A stretch of DNA of 64,000 bases from an uncultured Planctomycetota bacterium (GCA_963845755.1 CAWJTV010000028.1:1-64000), one strand, 5' to 3'; positions 31,471 to 41,622 are shown, numbered from the stretch's first letter. Program-made: numbers and translations. The notes: a model not told the origin generated them from the letters alone.

Positions 31471-31495
31471 CCTTGTGAGACATTTGTCTTAGGAT
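31467..31495 (+). promoter_or_regulatory. sigma70 promoter containing a BlaI/CopY-type operator
   Basis: TTGACC-N17-TAGGAT, with the palindrome AGACA-TT-TGTCT (31478-31489) in the spacer. Confidence 0.65.
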
Positions 31496-31635
31496 AAGGT
31501 CACAGTCGATACCCACCTGTACGTGATGGTTCCACTTAACCCCATCGAATCCTTGACACGCAACCACGGTTCGCGTTACCGATCTGACGCGAGAGGATGG
31601 GGAGTTTCTCAGTCTTAACGTTGAGACGACCGCCG

Positions 31636-32040
31636 ATGGCCAAACGCCCCCCAACCATTCCCGATTCGGAACTTGATGTCTTGAAGGTCCTGTGGGACCT
31701 CGGCCAGGCCACGGTCCGCGAGGCGCTGGAGACCTTGCGCTCAGCGGGACGTCAGTGGTCTTATGCCACGGTGGCGACGCTGCTCGACAGGCTCGAATCG
31801 AAGGGTCTGGTCACGAGCGACCGCCGCGAGCTGGCCTTCATCTACAAACCCGTGATCTCCACCCAGGAGGTCCGACAGAAGCGCGTCAGCAGCCTGGTGG
31901 ATAAGCTCTACCAGGGCGAGCCCGGCCTGCTGGTGCTCCATCTGTTGAAGTCGCACCCGCTCGACCCCAGCCAGGCGAAGGAAGTTCGGGCCGTCCTGGA
32001 TGAGATGGGTGTCGAGAAATCGAAGAAGAAAGAGAAATAG
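31636..32040 (+). CDS. BlaI/MecI/CopY family transcriptional repressor
   Basis: SELDVLKVLW..G.ATVRE, YATVATLLDRLESKGLV. Confidence 0.93.
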   Translation: MAKRPPTIPDSELDVLKVLWDLGQATVREALETLRSAGRQWSYATVATLLDRLESKGLVTSDRRELAFIYKPVISTQEVRQKRVSSLVDKLYQGEPGLLVLHLLKSHPLDPSQAKEVRAVLDEMGVEKSKKKEK

Positions 32041-32083
32041 AGGCGCTCAACGATTGAGTTGCGCATCCGCCCCTGCGATGCAA

Positions 32084-32360
32084 ATCCACCCCCCTGACTG
32101 CCCGCCTTGGAAGGGGGGGGTAGGGGGGATCTCTTCGGGACCGTCGGTCCTTGCCGACATTCCCCACTGGCCACTTGCCACTTCGGCAGTCGTCCGTAAG
32201 AATCAGTTAAGAGTGACGCAACGGCTGACGAATGCCGCACGGGTGGGGTTCGCGCGTATCGCGGGCGAACCCATCCCGAAACGACGAGCCAGAGGTGGAC
32301 TCGTAGGACGTCGGGGCTGGCAGGCTATCGCGACACCAGCGTCGCGCCCCGCCCTACGAG
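32084..32360. repeat. cluster of palindromic intergenic elements
   Basis: ATCC-CCCCCT...AGGGGGGAT (32084-32130), CCACTNG heptamers (~32164-32183) and the hairpin CTCGTAGG...CCTACGAG (32300-32360). Confidence 0.55.
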
Positions 32361-32482
32361 CCAGGAAGGAAGCCAGCCCGTGGCCCGACCCAAGCGCTGG
32401 TATGATCCCGACGCCGCTACGACCCTCCGCCTGATCCCACGATACGACCAGGACGACTCCTGGAGTGTCGTGAAATGGCGCC

Positions 32483-33313
32483 ATGCCGCGCGTGTCGCCG
32501 AGCTTGATGGAATGTCTCGTCTATCCCTTGAGGGACGGGCCCGGACTGGGATTGCTGGTCTTTCTCCCGCCGATGCTCTGGATCCTGTCGCTGCCGGTCT
32601 TCGACGTGATCTCGGTGCTCCAGCCGATGACCAAGGGGGATTGGGCACTCGGATTGTTGATCGTGCCGGTGATGACGCCGATGCTCTTCAGCTTCGCGAT
32701 GACCTTCGGGTACGCGCTGCTGTTCCTCGGCCATATGCTGGTGGCCAGTGCCCTGGGCGAAAACGACCACCCGCGCTGGCCGGAGTGGCACCCCAGCGAC
32801 ATCGCTGAAGGGGTCGGGCGCTGGTTCTGGGCGGGCCTGATTGGCGGTGCGCTCGGGGGCATCCCGCTGGTGTTCTACTGGAAGTATTGCGGTGAGATCG
32901 ACTGGTTCGACTGGTTCGTGATGATCGACCTGATCCTGCTGGCGGTGGGCTATTCCCAGATGGCCCTGGCGGCGGCCCTGCTGCACGAGAACATCCTGGC
33001 CGTCAACCCGGTCACGGTCTTCCAGGCCATCTTCCGGATCGGCTGGGAGTATCTGCGGACCTGCCTGGTCGCGGGCGTCTCGCTGGTCGTGGCCGGACTG
33101 GCCATCCGGGCACTCCTCTACCACATGCCGACCATGTGGGCCGAGGGGCTGGCGCTGTGGGGCTTCTGGGTCTTTCTCTTCTACTCGGCGATGGTCGTGG
33201 TCCGGATGATGGGGCTGACCTACCACGCCCATGCGCTGGACCTGCACTGGTTCCGTCGCCGTCCGCGCTGGGCGTCCTCGAAGGGCAAGGGGCAGATCTA
33301 CGCCAACTCGTGA
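32483..33313 (+). CDS. multi-pass membrane protein (DUF4013-like)
   Basis: YPLR start motif and ~6 hydrophobic helices. The start could extend upstream via an indel. Confidence 0.75.
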   Translation: MPRVSPSLMECLVYPLRDGPGLGLLVFLPPMLWILSLPVFDVISVLQPMTKGDWALGLLIVPVMTPMLFSFAMTFGYALLFLGHMLVASALGENDHPRWPEWHPSDIAEGVGRWFWAGLIGGALGGIPLVFYWKYCGEIDWFDWFVMIDLILLAVGYSQMALAAALLHENILAVNPVTVFQAIFRIGWEYLRTCLVAGVSLVVAGLAIRALLYHMPTMWAEGLALWGFWVFLFYSAMVVVRMMGLTYHAHALDLHWFRRRPRWASSKGKGQIYANS

Positions 33314-33334
33314 ACTCCGATGCTGGGATCCGAT

Positions 33335-33456
33335 CGATTCCGGATTCCCGATTCCGGATTCCCGATTCCGGATTCGAGATCAAGGATTCAGGAGAGATGT
33401 AAGTTAAGCCTTCATAGGCTATTATGGTAATTAATTCCGGATTCCGGATTCCGGTT
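33335..33456. repeat. (GGATTCC)n heptamer array with AT-rich core
   Basis: GATTCCG/GATTCCC units flanking TAAGTTAAGCCTTCATAGGCTATTA, between convergent genes. Confidence 0.8.
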
Positions 33457-33469
33457 CTTCCAGATCCTC

Positions 33470-34859
33470 TCAGCCTGCGCCCAGGCCGGCCAGCTTGATC
33501 AGGAGGACGATCGCGACCGTGTAGAAGATCACCAGCCCGGTGGCGTCAACCAGCGTGCTGATGAGCGGCGCGGAGACGACGGCCGGGTCGATGCCGAACC
33601 GTTCGGCCAGGAGCGGGACCAGGGCACCGACACCGTTGGCCCAGACACAAATGCCGATGATCGCCAGCGCGATGACCGCGCCAAAGGTCTTGGAGTGGCC
33701 GAGCAACAGCCAGACAAACGCGAAGCCGAGCGCCACCGAGCAGGGTGCCCAGTAACAAGCCGGTGAGGACTTCACGCACCAGGACCCGGAGGGTGTCGCC
33801 GCGATGGATCTCGCCCAGGGCCAGGCCCCGGATGATCGTGCCGACGGCCTGGCTGCCGGCATTGCCACCGGTCCCGATCAACAGCGGAATGAACGTGTCG
33901 AACTCGATGGTGGGAAAGCGGTCATCGACCCAGTTGAACACGTGGATGATGTAGCGGGTAATGGCCCCGCCGACGAACAGGAGCAACAACCAGCCGATCC
34001 GCCGCCGGACGGACTCGTGGATCCGCCCTTCCCAGTACGTCTCCTCGTTGGCCTCGGCATCGCGCGAGACGCCGCCGAAGGCCAGGATGTCCTCGGTCTG
34101 CTCCTGGCGGAGGATGTCCATCGCGTCGTCGTGGGTGATGATCCCCAGCAGCCCGTCCGCGCCGTCGACGACGGGGATCGCGATCAGGTCGTACTTGTCG
34201 ATCTGCCGGGCGACGGTCTCCTGGTCCTCATCCACGCGCGCGAAGATGACGTCGCGCTGCATGATTTCTTCGATGACGGCCGAGCGCCGCGATAAGATGA
34301 GCCGCTTGAGTGAGACGAAGCCGATCAGCCGGCGATTGTGGTCGATGACATAGCAATAGTAGATCGTCTCGCGGTCGGGCGCCTCGTGCCGGAGCCGATC
34401 GATGGCCTCGCGCACGGTGATATGGGAAGGAAGCGTCACGTAGTCGGTCGTCATGACGGCGCCGGCCGTACCGGGTTCGTAGCTGGCCAGTCGGCGGATG
34501 TCCTCGCGCTCCGCCTGGGCGAGGTAGGGCAGTACCGGGTCGAGTACCTCCTCGTCGAGCCGGTTGACCAGGTCGGCGCGTTCGTCGTGCGACATCACGT
34601 GGAGGAGTTCGGCCGCCTCCTGGGCCGGCATCATCTCGACGAGCTTGACCTGACGTTCCTTCTCCAGGTAGCTGAGGACCTGGGCCCGGTCGCGGGGCAG
34701 GAGGATGCGAAACAAGGTCTCGCCATCCCCGTCCTCCAGATCTTCCATCAGCTCGGCGACGCGACCAGGATGATAGTCTTCGAGGAAGTCGCGCAGGCCC
34801 GCGACCTCCCCGTCGTGGATCAACTCGCGCAGGTCAGGGATCAGGAGCGGATGTCGCAT
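33470..34859 (-). CDS. mgtE: magnesium transporter MgtE (indel ~33735)
   Basis: TAGAVMTTDY, CBS pair, GIITHDD, GTGGNAGSQ, and DPAVVSAPLISTLVDATG in the second frame. Confidence 0.95.
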
Positions 34860-34867
34860 GGGGAAAC

Positions 34868-34975
34868 GATGAGAGATGAAGGATGAAGGATGAAAAACGC
34901 CGCGTCGGGCACTGGCTTAGCCGGCAATCCTATTGATTTCTGACTCATCCTTCATCCGTCATCCTTCATCCTTCC
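34868..34975. repeat. (GGATGAA)n-spacer-TTCTGACTCATCC-(TTCATCC)n element
   Basis: Same arms and core as the 20281 and 26225 copies. It supplies the serS stop codon. Confidence 0.8.
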
Positions 34976-36273
34976 GGAACGCGCAGCCTTCCGAGGACGT
35001 CCTTCCCGACGAACGGCCGCAAGACTTCGGGGACGTCGATCAATCCGTCGGACCGCTGGTAGTTCTCCAGGATCACGATGAGCGCCCGGCTGATGGCGAC
35101 CGCCGTGCCGTTCAGGGTGTGAACGAATCGCGTCCCTTTCTGTCCCGCGGGCCGGTAGCGGATATTCAGACGACGGGCCTGGTAATCGGTGCAGTCCGAC
35201 GTGCTGGTCACCTCGCCGTATTCACCACCCGCGCCGCGACCGGGCATCCAGGCTTCGAGGTCGTACTTCCGGTAAGCCGGCCCGCCCAGGTCGCCCGAGC
35301 AGATGTCGAGCACGCGATACGGAATTCCCAGCGCCTGGAAGAGCTCTTCCTCGATCGCCAGCATCTCGGCGTGCAGGGCGCCGGAGGATTCGGGAGTGGT
35401 GAAGGCGAACATCTCGACCTTGGTGAACTGGTGGACGCGATAGAGCCCCCGGCTGGCGCGGCCGGCGGCGCCGGCCTCGGTCCGGAAGCAATGAGACAGG
35501 CCGACGTAGCGGATCGGCAGCGCGGCGCCGTCAAGGATCTCGTCGGCGAGCATCCCTCCGAGCGTGATCTCGGCGGTGCCGACCAGGCTGAGATCGGTAT
35601 CCTCGACGGAGTAGACCTGGGTCTCGGCCCCGCGTGGCGTGAACCCGATCCCCTCGAGGATCTGGTTGCGGGCCAGGTCGGGCGTGGTGATGGGCGTGAA
35701 GCCGTGGCCGATGAGCCGCTTGACGGCGAACTGCTGGAGCGCCAGGTCCAGCAAGACTGCATCGTTCTTGAGGAAGTAAAAACCGGTCCCGCTGACCTTG
35801 CCGCCCGTCTCGAAGTCGATGAGGTCGAGGTCCTTGCCGAGTGCGACGTGGTCCCTCGGCTTGAAGTCGAACGCGCGGGGAGTGCCGACCTTGCGGATCT
35901 CGCGGCTCTGGTCCTCCGTCTGGCCGATGGGGGCCTCCGGGTGGGTCAGGTTGGGGATGCGCTTCAGCCGCTGGGTCAGCTCGGCCTCGAGCCGGCGGAG
36001 CCGCTCCTCCTCGTCGGCGACCGCCGACTTGAGCCGCTTACCCTCGTCGATCAGCGCGGACCGCTTCTCGGCGTCGCGCTCGCGGCCGGTGGCCTGGGCG
36101 ACCTCGTTCTGCCGGCGCCGAACCTCCTCGACCCCCTGGAGCAGGCCCCGACGCTCGGATTCGAGCTGGACGACCAGGTCGACATCCTCGATCACGTCGG
36201 GCGAGACGTTGCGGTCCCGGCAATTCTGCTTGACCGCGTCGGCGTTCGCGACGACGTACTTCAGGTCCAACAT
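34966..36273 (-). CDS. serS: serine--tRNA ligase
   Basis: MLDLK, GTAEITL, CFRTEAG, GLYRVHQFTKVE, KYDLEAWMP, TDYQARRL, HTLNGT. Confidence 0.98.
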   Translation of the reverse strand: MLDLKYVVANADAVKQNCRDRNVSPDVIEDVDLVVQLESERRGLLQGVEEVRRRQNEVAQATGRERDAEKRSALIDEGKRLKSAVADEEERLRRLEAELTQRLKRIPNLTHPEAPIGQTEDQSREIRKVGTPRAFDFKPRDHVALGKDLDLIDFETGGKVSGTGFYFLKNDAVLLDLALQQFAVKRLIGHGFTPITTPDLARNQILEGIGFTPRGAETQVYSVEDTDLSLVGTAEITLGGMLADEILDGAALPIRYVGLSHCFRTEAGAAGRASRGLYRVHQFTKVEMFAFTTPESSGALHAEMLAIEEELFQALGIPYRVLDICSGDLGGPAYRKYDLEAWMPGRGAGGEYGEVTSTSDCTDYQARRLNIRYRPAGQKGTRFVHTLNGTAVAISRALIVILENYQRSDGLIDVPEVLRPFVGKDVLGRLRVPEG

Positions 36274-36420
36274 GAGAGGGACACCTTCTCCGAAGCTGCG
36301 AACAAGTGATTCCCGATCACAGATTCAAGATTCAAATGGATGTAAGCCATTTTTTCACAGGACATTACGCTCATCGGGTTCGGAAGCCGGAATCCTCGAT
36401 CCGAGTCCCGTCAGATTCTC

Positions 36421-37815
36421 TCAGGAAACCGTCTCCCGCGCCAGCTCGTCAAAGAGGTGGGCGCTCGACTTGATTCCGCGGTGGAAGTCGGCCAGGGAGA
36501 ATTTCTCGTTGGGGCCGTGCAGGTTGTCGTCGGTCTGGCCCCAGCCCAGCAGCAGGGTATCCACGCCGAGGTGCTGCTTGATCAGACCCACGACTGGGAT
36601 CGAACCCCCTTCGCGCATGAAGACGGGCCGGGTCCCGAAGCCGGCTTCGACCGCCCGCACCGCCGCCCTGACCCCGGGCGTATCCACGTCGACCAGCACG
36701 GCTGGTGCCCCGTGATGGGTGAGGATCTCGTAGGAAATTCCGGGCGGGCAGCTCCGAGCCACGTGGTCCCGGAATAGACGCTCGACGGTCTTGGGATCCT
36801 GGTCGGGGACCAGCCGGAAGCTGAGCTTGGCCCCGGCCTTGCAGGGGAGCACCGTCTTCGGCCCGGGGCCCGAATAGCCGCCGAAGATGCCGTTGATGTC
36901 GCAGGTCGGCCGGGCCCACTTGCGTTCCAGCGTGGAATAACCGGCCTCGCCCGACAACGCGGAGACGGCCAGGTCGGCCTGGAATGCCGCTTCCGAGAAC
37001 GGGAGCTTGGCGAACTCCGCCCGCTCCCAGTCCTCCAGCGGCGTGACGGCATCGTAGAAGCCTTCGATTTGAATCCGCCCATCCGGACCCTTGAGGCCTG
37101 CGAGGATCGTGCACAGCGCGTTGATCGGATTGGCCACCGCACCGCCGTAGGTCCCGGAATGCAGATCGCGGTTGGCCCCTTGAACCAGGAGCTCGAAATA
37201 GGCCAGGCCCTTCAACCCATAGGTGATCGCGGGTATGCCCGGAGCGAACTGGCTGGTGTCGGAGATCACGGCGTAATCGCAGGCCAGGCGTCCCGCGTGG
37301 CGGGCGACGTAGTCCTCGAGGCTGGCGCCTCCGACCTCTTCTTCGCCCTCGACGATGAACTTGACATTCACCGGCAGCCGGCCGGCCGTTTTCAACCAGG
37401 CTTCGGCCGCCTTGAGGTGGGTCAGCATCTGCCCCTTGTCGTCGGTCGCCCCGCGTGCAAAGATGTTCCCGTCCCGGATTGACGGCTCGAAGGGCGATGA
37501 GAGCCAGGGTTCCATCGGCTCGGGCGGCTGGACGTCATAGTGTCCATAGACCAGCAACGTCGGTTGGCCCGGGGCACCGAGCCATTCGGCATAGACGATG
37601 GGGTGACGTGGCGTCTCGATCAGCTCGGTCGACAGCCCGATGGCGGTCAGGTCGTCGCGGACGAAGCGCGCCGCTCGCTGTGTGTCGGCGTCGTGTTTCG
37701 GCTGGGCGCTGACGCTCGGAATCCGAAGAAATGCCTCGAGCTGCGTCTCGAAATCGGCCCGATGGGCCTCGACGTAGGCGTCAACCCGGCCGATCGCCGT
37801 TTGATCCTGAATCAT
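36421..37815 (-). CDS. M20 family dipeptidase (Cys-Gly dipeptidase/DapE-like)
   Basis: YGHYDVQP, ARGATDDKGQ, EGEEEVG, DLHSG, GGSIP, HGPNEK. Confidence 0.93.
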   Translation of the reverse strand: MIQDQTAIGRVDAYVEAHRADFETQLEAFLRIPSVSAQPKHDADTQRAARFVRDDLTAIGLSTELIETPRHPIVYAEWLGAPGQPTLLVYGHYDVQPPEPMEPWLSSPFEPSIRDGNIFARGATDDKGQMLTHLKAAEAWLKTAGRLPVNVKFIVEGEEEVGGASLEDYVARHAGRLACDYAVISDTSQFAPGIPAITYGLKGLAYFELLVQGANRDLHSGTYGGAVANPINALCTILAGLKGPDGRIQIEGFYDAVTPLEDWERAEFAKLPFSEAAFQADLAVSALSGEAGYSTLERKWARPTCDINGIFGGYSGPGPKTVLPCKAGAKLSFRLVPDQDPKTVERLFRDHVARSCPPGISYEILTHHGAPAVLVDVDTPGVRAAVRAVEAGFGTRPVFMREGGSIPVVGLIKQHLGVDTLLLGWGQTDDNLHGPNEKFSLADFHRGIKSSAHLFDELARETVS

Positions 37816-38612
37816 CAGTCACCGGTCCTCCGTCGCAATGTCCATTCGCCAGACTGCGGCTGGGGCCGTTCCGGCCGACCAGATCCCGTGAGTCTCAGTA
37901 TAGCACCGGCCGCGGAAGGGAGCGACGGTCGTACCTGCCCGAATCGTCACGATCCGGAGTTCTCGACAAGCCTATCATTCGGGCAGGATTTCGTCCTCGA
38001 ATGCATCCCTGGATTCATGGAATTGTGGCGAGAAAGCGATTTCGTTGATTCCCATCATCAGGGGGAGCGGCGTTTTGGATCCGAAGGCTTGTGCTCTTCG
38101 AGAATTGCTTACAAAATGCAGATGAGTCGTCTGTACGGTTGACTTCCCGCAGAGAGCGTCCATATTTTTCAAAACTTGATTCAAGTTTTTGTGAGACCAG
38201 GCCGCACGACATTCCTCCAGGTCTGATTTTTATATCGGTATCGAAATTGCTGGAGATCGGTCACGACCGGATGGTTGCGAAGAGATCGAGTATGCGGAGG
38301 AATCGGACGGGCGGCGTAAGTGGGAAGTCGAACCGGTGTGCCGTCGCTGGGATTTTTTTCTCGATCGAGTTTGAATGTGGAAGCTGGTTGCGAAGATCAC
38401 GCATGGTATACATGAGAGAACAAGATTGAGGAGTTGCCAACGGAAAGGCGACCGTCCCCGGGGTGGGTTTCGGCTCCCTTCGGCGCGGTGTCAAGCGGAT
38501 GCCTGGGAGGCGCGGCTTGGGCCTGATGCCCAAGACTGCTTGACGCAGTGGCCGGGGCTTTCATCGAACCATTCCCAGTGCGCGTCGCGGTTTTAGGAGG
38601 GGAGCCTTTCTG

Positions 38613-39296
38613 ATGAGTTTTCTTCAACGCTTCCTCGATCGTGTGCTTCGCAACAACCCGAGCCGGATGGCTCGAACCGGCTTTGATGATCTCAGTGAAG
38701 ACCAGTTGGATGCCCACCTACGCGTCGGACGCTATGGGAACTTCTCATTGACGGATGCCGTCCGCCCCTCGATCGGCCTGGACGTGATCCCGCGCGAGGG
38801 GTACCGCCGCGATACCTATTGTGACCCGGACAGCGGCAACAAGATGCCCGTGCTGGCCGCGTCCGTCTCGTCAGAGCACCTCTTCGAGGTGTTCATGGAT
38901 CTCCTGGACCCCCTCGGTGAAGTCGTCGATGTGGTCATGGAGTCGAGTCATGATTCCGAGCCAGGGTGCCACGCCGATCTCTACCGCGAGCATATGGACA
39001 CCGTGATCCTCAAGAGCACCCTTTACGATTACGAACCGCTCTTGCTCCACGACGGTTGCACGGGACTGGCCGCGCTCAACCCCCATGGCCCCATGGAAGT
39101 CCAGTTCGACGAACACAAGCTCCTGTTCGTCTACGCCCACGACCTCCAGCCCTTCGAGGACATCCTGCGCCAGTACGGCCTGAAGCGGGACGACACGCTG
39201 AAATTCATCTCCGAAGCCGAGCACCTCCACTCCACCGACGACGTCTATCACGAACAGTTCGAGGAGATCCTCTACCGGCTGGGTATTGATCGATAA
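38613..39296 (+). CDS. conserved hypothetical protein
   Basis: AGGAGG RBS. Strongly coding, acidic protein (LTDAVRPS, DGCTG, EVQFDEHKLL, AEHLH). Confidence 0.85.
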   Translation: MSFLQRFLDRVLRNNPSRMARTGFDDLSEDQLDAHLRVGRYGNFSLTDAVRPSIGLDVIPREGYRRDTYCDPDSGNKMPVLAASVSSEHLFEVFMDLLDPLGEVVDVVMESSHDSEPGCHADLYREHMDTVILKSTLYDYEPLLLHDGCTGLAALNPHGPMEVQFDEHKLLFVYAHDLQPFEDILRQYGLKRDDTLKFISEAEHLHSTDDVYHEQFEEILYRLGIDR

Positions 39297-39834
39297 TTCG
39301 ATTGTTTGGTACCACGCAACGAAAGCACCGTGCGGAAGGGTACGCGGCGGTCAGACACCTGGAGATCCGAATCGAGCCGCGACCCTGATGCACCCGTCCC
39401 CTCCCGAGTCCATGTGTTCGCTCCCCTGGGGTCGCGGCTTCGCCGGCAGTAGCGCAGGGGTCGAGAAGGTCCTCGGACGACTTGGTACCCTCCTGTATCC
39501 GCTCCATCGAGGCCTGACCGCGAAGAACCCGCCCTCAACCCGCTCAGGCGTTGAAATCGACGCAGTCGATCCAGTCCGCCCATGCAGAACTCGGGAAGAG
39601 TGCCAGTCTGCCCCCGCCCTTTTTCGGCGCGGATAAAATGGATCGGATCATCTTCGTCTCTCCCTCGACCCACCGCTGGCCACCGTCCGCCCCGGTCCCG
39701 AAGGGTGCCGGGCTCGGGTGAATGTGGGTCGTCGAACCACAGCTCGACGGGAGGGGCTTTCCAGGAATCGAAATCATCGCGGCTTGGGGATCGAAGCCGG
39801 ATCGCGTGTCGGTCTCATTGGAAGGGGCACATCC

Positions 39835-41622
39835 ATGCTCGGTTTGTTTCGGGGCGACTCGGCCGTACTCGGGATTGGTCAGGGGCGAGGTCGCGAGGGG
39901 CGTCGCGGTCGTCGAGGCGCCGGCCACCGGAGCCATCGGCCGCTGCTGGAGGGGTTGGAGGTGAGGATCACCCCGGCGACCGCCATATGGACCGGACTGG
40001 GCACCGACACCAACTGGACGACCGCCGCCAACTGGATGGGCAACACGCCCCCGAATCCCGGCGACGACTTGAACTTCCCGACGCTCACCACCTCGACCCC
40101 GCATGTCTCGGTGAACAACTTCACCGCGGGAACCAGCTTCGATTCGATCACGATCGGGTCGCAGGGGTACGCCCTCTCGGGAAGCTCGGTTGTCCTGTCG
40201 TCGCCGTCGGCGGACATCATCACAACGTACGGATCGGGCGCATCGAGCGACGCGATGGGCACGACCTTGACCGGAGGAACGATCTCGCTCGCCGCGGGCG
40301 GCACGCTCGATCTCTCGGGGGAGCTCGCGGGGACGGCCGGGCTGAGCCTATTTGGCGGCGGTGTCCTCGACCTGCTGGGAGCCAACACCTTCACCGGCAC
40401 GACGACGGTCACCAGCTCGACCCTGCTGGCGGACAGCACAATCCCCGGCGCGGTGCAGAACAACGGCGGGGTGATCGGGGGCAACGGCACGGTCGGCAAC
40501 GTGACCAGTGTCAGCGGGACCATCAGCCCCGGCCACAATCCTAGCCCGGGCGTCCTGACCGTCGGCAGCCTCAGCCTCGATGGCAGCTCGGCGTTCCGGG
40601 TCGTGCTCGACGGGACCTCGCCCGGCAATGGGACCACGGGATACGACCAGTTGGTCGCCGGCGGGGCCGTCAATCTCGGCGGAGCCGCGCTCCACGCCTC
40701 GATCGGCACCGCTTATACCCCGGCCCTGGGCGACCAGTTGACGATCATCCAGAACAATAGCGGCTCGCCCATTACCGGCACCTTTGCCGGGCTCGCGGAG
40801 GGCGCGACCGTCAACATCAGCGGCACGCAGTTCCAGATCACCTATCAGGGCGGGTCCAACCATGAGGACGTCGTCCTGACCGCATTGACTGCCTCGTCCT
40901 CCTCGGCCACCACGACCACAGTGGCCACCTCCAACGAGGTCGCGGTGATCGGCCAGCCCGTGACGTTCACCGCTACGGTCAGCCCGGTCAGCTCCACCGC
41001 CACCCCGACCGGTGCGGTCGTATTCCTTGCCGATAACAACCCGATCGGCGTGGGAGTGCTCAATTCCTCGGATCAGGCGACGTTCACCACCTCCTCGCTA
41101 GGCTACGGATTTCACACGATCACCGCCACCTACGTCGGCGATAGCGTATTCCAGAGCAGCACTTCCAGCGCCATTGGGCAGTTCATCACCAGCGTAGGCA
41201 CGCAGCCGACCCTGACGGTCCTGCCCGTCCGGAACCGGCAGGGCAAGATCGTCAAGCTGGATATCGAGGCACAGATCGGCGTCACGGCTCCGGGGACGGG
41301 GACGCCTCTGGGCAACACCACGTTCTTCGTCAACGGCCGCGCGTCGTACAAGACGGTCCCCACGACCAACGGCGTCGCGGTCCTCACACTCCCCGTGGCG
41401 CGGCTAATCAACAGGTATGTGTTTGCCAGGTACCTTGGCTACTTCACCTCGTTCCAGCCCAGTGTCTCCACGAGCATCCTGATCAGCCGGAGGACCTTGC
41501 AGTCCCTATCGGCAACCCGAACCGTGCCGCATCCTCAGTTGGTCCCCAGGGTCGCAGCCAGGACGGAACGGGACCCCGAGGTGGAATCGCACGTGAGCCG
41601 AGGCCACCGGCATCACCCTTGA
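39835..41622 (+). CDS. secreted protein with planctomycete export leader, autotransporter-type beta-strand repeat and Ig-like (Big_3) domains
   Basis: RPLLEGLEVRITPA, NWTTAANW, GANTFTGTT, YDQL, ITYQGG, GQPVTFTATV...HTITATYVGD. Confidence 0.88.
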   Translation: MLGLFRGDSAVLGIGQGRGREGRRGRRGAGHRSHRPLLEGLEVRITPATAIWTGLGTDTNWTTAANWMGNTPPNPGDDLNFPTLTTSTPHVSVNNFTAGTSFDSITIGSQGYALSGSSVVLSSPSADIITTYGSGASSDAMGTTLTGGTISLAAGGTLDLSGELAGTAGLSLFGGGVLDLLGANTFTGTTTVTSSTLLADSTIPGAVQNNGGVIGGNGTVGNVTSVSGTISPGHNPSPGVLTVGSLSLDGSSAFRVVLDGTSPGNGTTGYDQLVAGGAVNLGGAALHASIGTAYTPALGDQLTIIQNNSGSPITGTFAGLAEGATVNISGTQFQITYQGGSNHEDVVLTALTASSSSATTTTVATSNEVAVIGQPVTFTATVSPVSSTATPTGAVVFLADNNPIGVGVLNSSDQATFTTSSLGYGFHTITATYVGDSVFQSSTSSAIGQFITSVGTQPTLTVLPVRNRQGKIVKLDIEAQIGVTAPGTGTPLGNTTFFVNGRASYKTVPTTNGVAVLTLPVARLINRYVFARYLGYFTSFQPSVSTSILISRRTLQSLSATRTVPHPQLVPRVAARTERDPEVESHVSRGHRHHP

